Below the pieces are notes generated by a model, which saw nothing but the letters and a program-made list of their open reading frames with translations, had not been told where the DNA came from and did not search any database. The position numbers and the translations under genes are program-made. 32,000 nucleotides of DNA from Candidatus Methanophagaceae archaeon (GTDB lineage Archaea > Halobacteriota > Syntropharchaeia > Alkanophagales > Methanospirareceae), in assembly GCA_003194425.1 (NCBI GenBank), contig PQXB01000001.1:160444-192443 (forward strand), in the 5' to 3' direction. Positions 16,653-23,537 of the stretch are shown here, in pieces. Position 1 is the stretch's first letter. Each line of letters starts with the position of its first letter.

Positions 16653-16910
16653 CAACTTCCTCACGCCGTCTGCCAACCCGTGAGCGTAATTTATGCAGCC
16701 GAAGGCGGTAAAGAAATCCCCTTTTTCAAGGTAGTATTTCGCGTCCTCAAAATATGCCTTCGCAAGGCTCAACACCTCTTCTCTTGCTCCTGCAGCACTC
16801 GCAGCACCTGCAGCACTCGCAGCACCTGCAGCACTCGCAGCACCAAGCGACAACGCTTCAAAAAGTGCGATGTCTTTCTTTATCCTACCCGCTTCTTCGT
16901 TCAACTTCAC
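16614..16910 (-). CDS. DUF357-like small protein
   Basis: 98 aa with a GTG start overlapping the methyltransferase stop (GTGA). AKAYFEDAKYYLEKGDFFTAFGCINYAHGLADG resembles archaeal DUF357. It carries a GAASAA x3 insertion. Confidence 0.55.
   Translation of the reverse strand: MKLNEEAGRIKKDIALFEALSLGAASAAGAASAAGAASAAGAREEVLSLAKAYFEDAKYYLEKGDFFTAFGCINYAHGLADGVRKLSSQPNDKPENRT
16791..16844 (-). repeat. perfect 18-bp x3 tandem repeat inside the DUF357 gene (GAASAA x3)
   Basis: tgcagcactcgcagcacc occurs at 16791, 16809 and 16827. Confidence 0.95.
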
Positions 16911-17896
16911 GATCCTATTTTAAGTTGCCACGTCTTATTTTTCTTCCCATTCTTTTTTATAGCATCTTCCTCTTCCAGACCCTTAAACTCTAACAAGAAT
17001 TCGCGGATCCGCCTCTCCGCCAATTTCACATATTCTTCGCCTGTCTCGTAGCCAACATAATGGCGTCGGGTTTTTATCGCCGCTATTCCCGTCTGCCCGC
17101 TCCCCGCGAAAGGGTCTAAAACAACCTCGCCCTCGAAGGTGTAAAGTTGAATCAGCCTGTAAGGAAGTTCCACAGGGAACGGTGCTGGGTGTCCAACCCT
17201 ACGAGCAGATTCCGCAGGGAACGTCCAAACGCTTTTAGTAAACTCAAGAAACTCCTCCTTTGAGATTGTGCTTTTTCTTCTTCTTTTCTCGTTCTTGCTC
17301 TCTCCTCGGCTAAACCCGCTTTTAGAAAAGACCAAAATATATTCGTGAATGTCCCGCAGCGTGGGATTAGCAGCAGAAAGCCAGCTCCCCCACGCCGTTG
17401 AAGGGCTCGCACTCGCGGCTTTGTTCCAAATGATTTCCCCTCGCATCAAAAACCCTAAACCGAGCAGGTCCTCAAGCACAAAAGCGTGAAGAGGAATGTA
17501 CGGCTTTCTTTCTAAATTCGCGATGTTTACGCAGGCTCTACCGCCGGGCACGAGCACCCTGAAGACCTCTTTCCAAACCGTTCTTAAAAAATTTCTGTAT
17601 TCTTCAAGCGTTAAATTTTCGTCGTATTCTTTGCCCGCGTTGTAGGGCGGCGAAGTGACCATTAAATGAACGCTGTCATCTGGCAACTCGTCCATCTGTT
17701 CGCTCGATTTACAGAAGATTTTATCCAACAACTGCGGTGGAATGCGATTTTCCAGAAATTGCACTTTCTTTTCTTTTTCCCCTGGCAAACTTTCGTATAA
17801 TTTGCTGGCATAAAACGCGGTGGAATTATGATTTATTCGACCGGGCGAGCCAAACGAGCTTGTTTGCGTCCCTCTTTTTCTTTGACTGTTTGTCAT
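16907..17896 (-). CDS. beta-class DNA methyltransferase (SPPY motif; N4-cytosine or N6-adenine), no adjacent endonuclease
   Basis: Motif IV (LMVTSPPYNAGKEY) precedes motif I (VLDPFAGSGQTG), which is the beta-class order. The start is placed at ATG 17896, because the TTG at 17950 sits only a few nt from the TATA box. Confidence 0.85.
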   Translation of the reverse strand: MTNSQRKRGTQTSSFGSPGRINHNSTAFYASKLYESLPGEKEKKVQFLENRIPPQLLDKIFCKSSEQMDELPDDSVHLMVTSPPYNAGKEYDENLTLEEYRNFLRTVWKEVFRVLVPGGRACVNIANLERKPYIPLHAFVLEDLLGLGFLMRGEIIWNKAASASPSTAWGSWLSAANPTLRDIHEYILVFSKSGFSRGESKNEKRRRKSTISKEEFLEFTKSVWTFPAESARRVGHPAPFPVELPYRLIQLYTFEGEVVLDPFAGSGQTGIAAIKTRRHYVGYETGEEYVKLAERRIREFLLEFKGLEEEDAIKKNGKKNKTWQLKIGS

Positions 17897-17953
17897 TGTA
17901 TAATAAAGAGGATTTTGAAAAACCCCCGAAAACGAGTGAAAATGCCACAAAAG

Positions 17954-17961
17954 TATATAAA
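17954..17961 (-). promoter_or_regulatory. candidate TATA box (TTTATATA on the minus strand) for the methyltransferase gene
   Basis: The TATA-like octamer lies about 60 nt upstream of ATG 17896. Confidence 0.35.
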
Positions 17962-18097
17962 GAAGAGAGTGTTACGAGGAGTAAATCAAAATCCTCTAAA
18001 GTAAAATATTTCGCAGTCTTGAAATTTCCAAAAGGGGATTTTTGACGAAGCGGTGAAGCGTAGCGAAACCAAATACGCTCTGTTATACGCTGTGTCT

Positions 18098-18286
18098 TTA
18101 TTGGACTTTCTTAACTTGCTTCCCCAACAATTTGATATATTCAAGAAAACTTAACCCTTCGAATTCCGCTTCCTTAGCAATAATTTTCCTCGCGATATGA
18201 ACTTGCTGTAAAGCCGGGTCGTCTGGGAACTCCGCTTCCACCGCTCTTCTTATTTCCTCAATATCCTTCTCTTTGACCTTGCTCAT
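18098..18286 (-). CDS. small alpha-helical hypothetical protein downstream of the PIN gene (possible TA partner)
   Basis: 62 aa, charged, with a 15-nt gap after the PIN stop. I recognised no family. Confidence 0.4.
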   Translation of the reverse strand: MSKVKEKDIEEIRRAVEAEFPDDPALQQVHIARKIIAKEAEFEGLSFLEYIKLLGKQVKKVQ

Positions 18287-18301
18287 ATTTTCCCCCCCTT
18301 C

Positions 18302-18766
18302 CTATAACAATTCCGCAGGTGTCATAATCTCTATTTGCCTCAGGTTATTTAAAGTATTTACCCTCCTCACTCTGTCTCTCGTTTTTCTCCTTACAATGTG
18401 CCTAAAGTTCCAACTCAAAAGACAGTCTATCTCGTTTATCGCTGCGATAGCAATATGGTAGGCATCTTCAGGGTAACCCGCGGGAACTGCGTCATAGCGA
18501 ATATATTCGCTCGCTACCCTTTCAACGTCGTCAGTTAAAGCGAGGAGTGAAAATTGCGCGACTGCATCCTTCATTTTGCTTCGGAGTTCTATGTCTGGGG
18601 TTCGTTCAATCTCGGCAACCGTAATTTCGGAGATGAAAGTCTCAAAGTTACCTTTTTCCGCGAAAAAAGATTCTGTGAGCGATTTCCTCTCCGGATTCCG
18701 CTCATCAAACCGTGCTGAAATTACTGAGGTGTCTAAATACACTTTCCCTCTTCTTCTCAGTTTCAC
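18302..18766 (-). CDS. PIN-domain protein (VapC-like ribonuclease toxin)
   Basis: 154 aa. VYLDTSV (N-terminal Asp), SEITVAEIE, EDAYHIAIAA and LLSWNFRHI are arranged as in PIN domains. Confidence 0.75.
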   Translation of the reverse strand: MKLRRRGKVYLDTSVISARFDERNPERKSLTESFFAEKGNFETFISEITVAEIERTPDIELRSKMKDAVAQFSLLALTDDVERVASEYIRYDAVPAGYPEDAYHIAIAAINEIDCLLSWNFRHIVRRKTRDRVRRVNTLNNLRQIEIMTPAELL

Positions 18767-18835
18767 TTTCCTTTACCTCTTAGGCATTGCATAACTTCGG
18801 TATCCACTCGAGTTCACACATCCTCAAAATAAGTT

Positions 18836-19144
18836 TTATAGTCCCGTTGCATATTTTACACTCCCTAAAAGGTACGGACGAAGTCCGGGTTTCACCGTCC
18901 CATAAATTACAAGGTCAACCCTGCATTTGAATAAATCCTCAAGGAAAAGTTTTAATTCAATGTAATTGTCAAACGTTTTCTTACTCTTCTCAAATTCCAC
19001 CAGTATGTCTATGTCACTCCCTCTTCTTTGTTCATTTCTTACATACGAGCCAAATAATCCTATCTCTTTAACACCAAATCTTTTTATTATCGCTTTGCTC
19101 TCCTCGATTTTCTTCAATATTTCGTTTTCGTCCGCTGTTATCAT
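18836..19144 (-). CDS. minimal nucleotidyltransferase (MNT/MntA-type)
   Basis: 102 aa. GLFGSYVRNEQRRGSDIDILVEF is the GS-x10-DxD signature. Confidence 0.85.
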   Translation of the reverse strand: MITADENEILKKIEESKAIIKRFGVKEIGLFGSYVRNEQRRGSDIDILVEFEKSKKTFDNYIELKLFLEDLFKCRVDLVIYGTVKPGLRPYLLGSVKYATGL

Positions 19145-19273
19145 TTCTTCTTCACCTCTTTGGCAGAGACGGGCATTTTATAGGGCAAAATGTCCAGAAG
19201 GACAAGCTACTTAAGTGAGCATAGCGTAAACTTGTATTCTTATACTGTGCCACATCTCTTTATTAACCATAAC

Positions 19274-21106
19274 CTATGTGCGATCGATACACGTATATCT
19301 AAATTTCTTTTTTACATTCCACACTTTCACTACTGCCCATGTTAAGGCAAGGAACCATGCACTTGGTGAGATTATCTTAGCAAGGATAGCTGAGATAATA
19401 CACACAACAATAAAGAGCCCTATTTCGCCACCCATTAAGAATTGTTTTTCTTTTTCGACCTTGGATTTACACATAGCAATTATTTCATTCTCCTTAATTT
19501 CATTCTCCTTATCCCTCTCCTTGTTTTTTACATCTGACTCAACAACACCTAACGCTTTTTTAATTTTGCCAACTTCTGTTAGACATTGATCTTCACGTTT
19601 TTTGTCTTCTGCTATATTAAACACCTTGCTAAGTGATTCTAAACAATTTACTAATGTAATACTATCGCCGCATTGCTTAGCATAGCCACCAGCTACAAAC
19701 AATCTTTTCTGAGCTAAATCCATTCTACCTTTCCTTAGATAGCATAGCCCCGCAGCGTAGCTGGAAAGTCCAAGACAATAGGGGTCATAGGTTTTTCCAG
19801 AAAGCCATGAAGTCCAGAACAGAGGATCATTCCCCCTCCACTCCCACTCACCCGGAATCTTGGCAACCATCATGCTGAGGCACTCGATTACCTCCCTATG
19901 CCGTCCCATATTCATATACCGATCTGCGGTTTTTAATAAGGATTCAAGTGCTTTTTCATACTCTTTTAGAACAATCAGCGCAAGCCCATGATTCTTTAGT
20001 GCCTTAGTAACAAGCCATGGATCATCACTTCCACGGATGATCTTATCTGACTGTGCTGCAATAAAAGTAGCTTCCTCCTTTGATGGGTCAAGAAGAATTA
20101 TTTCAGAAAAGAAGTTCTTCCATGCCATTTCATTGATACCCGAAGCCCACCTGAGTAGGAATTTATTTTGGCGAGTTTTCATTTTATCTTCTTTACCCTG
20201 ATCATATTTTTCGTCGGCGTCTTTATCTAAGAGTCTTGCAAAAATACTCTTTTGGTCCGCGCCTACTAATTTACAATTAGGGCATTCGCGACCAAAAGCT
20301 TTGATGTTACCTGTTAGGCTGACCTCATTATTCCGCAGCACCCAATAAACACCCTTCGCCGTTTTGGCAGTGCTTAGGATTACTGGAAAAATATCATCGT
20401 CGTTGCCACTGTATCCTACAATTAAAACGGTGTAGGATCTAAAGACGACACGAAGAAGGTCTGAAAGATCTTTTTTTAGATTAAGTCCTGCCAGTCTAAG
20501 AGTAAATATTATGCTTGCTTTTTCGTCTAAAGTGCCATGAAGCTTAACTACGGGCAGGTGTGACTCGTCTGACCCCTTATTATTCAAGGAGTTTAACAAG
20601 CCTTGACGCACAGAATTCACATAAAGTTTGTATTTATTAAGGCTTACTTTCTCTAATGCTTTCTCTATATATGTATCAAAATTCGTTGTTAGGACAATTG
20701 GTATCTTATATTCACGAGCGATATATGCGATATTGGAGTGGTTGCAATTGGGTATGCCCATATTCAAAATATCTATAAAACCAAAGAAATTCTCTCGAAG
20801 ATTACTATGCAAAATTTGACAGAACAATTCAGGTTTTATTCTTTTTGTACGACAATTAATAAAACTGTGGAAGTCATCAAGTCCGCTGTGTGCACTTTTT
20901 GCGGAATCTATTACAAGATCCATTAGCTCCTTCGAGAGTGGACAAGAGGAAGGAGGATCCTTAGAAATCCCCGCACCCACAAAGATAACAAGTTCATTCG
21001 ACTTTGCTTTTTTAAGCTCTTGAACAGCACTCTCAAGATCAACCAACTCTCTTAATTCATTTTTTACCATATCTTGCCTTTGACAATTATCTTTTTCTTT
21101 AATCAT
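19274..21106 (-). CDS. SIR2-family (SIR2_2/defence NADase-type) protein with helical-repeat (TPR-like) middle region and C-terminal TM hairpin
   Basis: 610 aa. Motifs are VIFVGAGIS, IVLTTNFDTYIEKAL (Asn), VVKLHGTL (His) and LIVGYSGNDDDI. The helical-repeat region spans roughly residues 330-520. There is no Walker A motif. The C-terminus IGLFIVVCIISAILAKII...AWFLALTWAVVKVW forms two TM segments. The ATG overlaps the upstream stop (ATGA). Confidence 0.8.
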   Translation of the reverse strand: MIKEKDNCQRQDMVKNELRELVDLESAVQELKKAKSNELVIFVGAGISKDPPSSCPLSKELMDLVIDSAKSAHSGLDDFHSFINCRTKRIKPELFCQILHSNLRENFFGFIDILNMGIPNCNHSNIAYIAREYKIPIVLTTNFDTYIEKALEKVSLNKYKLYVNSVRQGLLNSLNNKGSDESHLPVVKLHGTLDEKASIIFTLRLAGLNLKKDLSDLLRVVFRSYTVLIVGYSGNDDDIFPVILSTAKTAKGVYWVLRNNEVSLTGNIKAFGRECPNCKLVGADQKSIFARLLDKDADEKYDQGKEDKMKTRQNKFLLRWASGINEMAWKNFFSEIILLDPSKEEATFIAAQSDKIIRGSDDPWLVTKALKNHGLALIVLKEYEKALESLLKTADRYMNMGRHREVIECLSMMVAKIPGEWEWRGNDPLFWTSWLSGKTYDPYCLGLSSYAAGLCYLRKGRMDLAQKRLFVAGGYAKQCGDSITLVNCLESLSKVFNIAEDKKREDQCLTEVGKIKKALGVVESDVKNKERDKENEIKENEIIAMCKSKVEKEKQFLMGGEIGLFIVVCIISAILAKIISPSAWFLALTWAVVKVWNVKKKFRYTCIDRT

Positions 21107-22182
21107 AGATAGCCTCTATCGAATATAGCAGCAGTAGGAATTCTTTTACGCACTTCGGACAGAAGGATTTTTTCATCACGCTTTGACAGGGTCGAGGTAT
21201 TGTATGCCCACCTAAGTCCGTTTTTTGAATATAAAACCAGAAGCCTGTCAGTTCCAGAAATAATGTTATGCCTTTCGCGTAGGGTTGCTTTCTCAATATC
21301 TGACCACCGCAAGCCAAATGGCCTGCCTAAACCGGAAATAAAAATTCCTTCATCAAGTAATGTTATCTTTTGTAAATGTACAATAATTGTTTGAAGAATA
21401 AGATAAAGGGAGGATAATCCCCCTAAAACGCCCAAGAGGATACTAATTAATCCTGTTTTTTCATACCTGAACCTGATATAAATCAGTAATAAGGCTGTTA
21501 CAGCGGGGGAAATAGTCCAAATAAATGACCGAATAAACGAACGCATAGTTGGTTTAAAAGTTTGACCCATAATCTTTGGTAGAGCAGGGGGTTGGTGACC
21601 TTTTATGTACTTTACTAATTCTCCTATGGTTGTGCCGTAAGGGAAACTTAGCATAAACAGAAACAGCGATAATTCGCCCAGTAGCTGACCCTCTAAGTTT
21701 ACAAGGCTCCAAATAAAGAGATAAAAAGATGAAGTGAGTAAGGCAATAATTGGAGCTCTTTTGTAGAGATGAAAGCCCATTAGTTCAAACATCAGGCTCA
21801 TCTTATCTGTCCAATCTATATTTTCAGTAAGAAAGATTCTCTCCATTTCGACACCCTTTTCAAGTTCAATCAATTGTGCTGCCCGAAGATTATATTCCTC
21901 ATCCCTTAGCTTAATTCTCTGCGAAAATGTATCGAATGGATTAATAGAAACTCGTGTTGACCGGCCACAAATATAACCTATTGCAAAAGGAATTGCTACT
22001 GTTATTATTCCCAATGGATGAAAAGGTGCCAAAAGAAAAGAGATTATGATGGCTACTAAATGAGGAACTCCAGCACGCCTAATTCTAAATATTTTGAAAA
22101 TGACCCAGAAGAATACAAAACTTACGCACAAAGTGGTGCCTATGACATACAAAAGTGTCATGTTCTCGTTCATGGTAATCAT
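21103..22182 (-). CDS. polytopic membrane protein with a roughly 80-aa soluble C-terminal domain (possibly PH-like)
   Basis: 359 aa with multiple hydrophobic helices. The C-terminal LLDEGIFISGLGRPFGLRWSDIEKATLRE...LLVLYSKNG is reminiscent of bacterial PH-like domains; this is a weak call. Confidence 0.55.
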   Translation of the reverse strand: MITMNENMTLLYVIGTTLCVSFVFFWVIFKIFRIRRAGVPHLVAIIISFLLAPFHPLGIITVAIPFAIGYICGRSTRVSINPFDTFSQRIKLRDEEYNLRAAQLIELEKGVEMERIFLTENIDWTDKMSLMFELMGFHLYKRAPIIALLTSSFYLFIWSLVNLEGQLLGELSLFLFMLSFPYGTTIGELVKYIKGHQPPALPKIMGQTFKPTMRSFIRSFIWTISPAVTALLLIYIRFRYEKTGLISILLGVLGGLSSLYLILQTIIVHLQKITLLDEGIFISGLGRPFGLRWSDIEKATLRERHNIISGTDRLLVLYSKNGLRWAYNTSTLSKRDEKILLSEVRKRIPTAAIFDRGYL

Positions 22183-22188
22183 CTCCTT

Positions 22189-22674
22189 CTATTCTCTTTG
22201 TGCTTTGATAATACTATCGAGAATAATAGAGCAAATTATCCCTCCTGTATACCCTATACTTGGCGCAAGGAGAAAAAAGATAGTGTTGAATTTTAAAATG
22301 CCAATAGCCTCAAGCCATTCTTGGCCGATATCTTTGTTAATGAAGAATGATAATGCGGCAGAAAGAATAGCTATGTTAGCCATAACTATACAAAACCACC
22401 CAATACCAAAGAATTTTGCAGGTGTCAAGATATCAGAACCCATTGCTGAATAAGATAATACGGAAATACTTGAAAATCCGATTCCGAAGATAACGGCAAT
22501 CACAGGATAAATCACCAACAACATTTTCATTTTATTTTCGTACTCTCCGAGGATCTCCCATGAGTTGCTGATTGTACCTTGAAATATTTCCATTGCAATC
22601 CACAATGTTAAGTAGAAAAAGAACAAGTAGCCAAATATAAAGCCGAAGGTTGATGCTTTACTTATTTTTTGCAT
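22189..22674 (-). CDS. small polytopic membrane protein (4-5 TM), no recognised family
   Basis: 161 aa with an ATG start. It overlaps the upstream gene by 13 nt, and AAGGAG lies just before the next ATG. Confidence 0.5.
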   Translation of the reverse strand: MQKISKASTFGFIFGYLFFFYLTLWIAMEIFQGTISNSWEILGEYENKMKMLLVIYPVIAVIFGIGFSSISVLSYSAMGSDILTPAKFFGIGWFCIVMANIAILSAALSFFINKDIGQEWLEAIGILKFNTIFFLLAPSIGYTGGIICSIILDSIIKAQRE

Positions 22675-23498
22675 TCTGATTCATCTGCCTTTGAGCTTTT
22701 AATCTGTTTGATTTCATCCAGCATACTTTCTGTTAGTTTTATGTCTTCATATTTTCCTATTTCTCTGTCTATATAAAGACTACGTTCATATTTCTCTTTC
22801 GCCATCTCATATTTTCCCTGAATATGCTCTATTTCGGCGAGCCTAAAGATAGCACCGCTTATGACAGAAAGTATTTCATGGTTGTTTGGTGACTTGCTGT
22901 TCAGTGATTCCGCAATCACAAGTGCCTTTTCTACTGCCCCGGCTGCTTTGTCTAAATACTGCTGCTGACGATACAGAAGCGACAACTGATAATAAACAGC
23001 TACAACGTTTAATTCATGGCAGATAGATTCCGCATCTGTTTCAGACTTACTCGTAAGACGCTTCTGAATTTCGAGAGCTTGGAGATATAAGAACTCCGCC
23101 TTTTTCAACCTATTATTATTCCGAAGCTCTTCAATGAATTTTTTGGATCTTGGATTGTGCCAGTTTCCGGTGTAAGTGGTCTCATGGAGAAACTTGGCAC
23201 GGTTATAGAGACGCTGAGATTTCGGAGTAAGAAATCGAGAGATAAAAAAGACAATTAGTCCACACATAGGAAACGAGATGCTTTCCCAAGAATTGAGGGA
23301 GAATTCCAATTTACCGATTGACTGCCACACCATCATTCCAATAAAGCAAAATAGAGCAAATGTTACTTTTTTGTTTTTCTGACCCTCCAATCCTAACCTT
23401 ATCCAACCTTTCTTCCCAATTTCCCAACCAATCAAAGCATTTGCTATTAATCCCACTACAATAAAGCAATACAGATCGAAAATAAATTGTTGTGTCAT
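22662..23498 (-). CDS. membrane-anchored (3 TM) TPR-repeat protein
   Basis: 278 aa with three N-terminal hydrophobic helices. These are followed by TPR-like helical repeats (AEFLYLQALEIQKRL, VAVYYQLSLLYRQQQYLDKAAGAVEKAL, GKYEMAKEKYERSLYI). Confidence 0.6.
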   Translation of the reverse strand: MTQQFIFDLYCFIVVGLIANALIGWEIGKKGWIRLGLEGQKNKKVTFALFCFIGMMVWQSIGKLEFSLNSWESISFPMCGLIVFFISRFLTPKSQRLYNRAKFLHETTYTGNWHNPRSKKFIEELRNNNRLKKAEFLYLQALEIQKRLTSKSETDAESICHELNVVAVYYQLSLLYRQQQYLDKAAGAVEKALVIAESLNSKSPNNHEILSVISGAIFRLAEIEHIQGKYEMAKEKYERSLYIDREIGKYEDIKLTESMLDEIKQIKSSKADESECKK

Positions 23499-23537
23499 TT
23501 TTTTATGTTATTTCCAAACTTGAGCTCGCACACACTT

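Larger units (their letters stand above)
17962..23537. other. AT-rich accessory (defence) island
   Basis: There is a sharp compositional drop relative to the flanks. By eye the island is roughly 35-40% G+C against roughly 55-60% in the flanks; this was not computed. The content is defence/TA-type genes. A 9-bp direct repeat ATTTCCAAA lies at 18024-18032 and 23510-23518. Confidence 0.6.

Noticed and set aside
17897-17950. TTG start at 17950, which would give an 18-residue N-terminal extension of the methyltransferase.
   Set aside because: The TTG lies only a few nt from the TATA-like element at 17954-17961, so it would fall upstream of any plausible transcription start. The ATG at 17896 is preferred.
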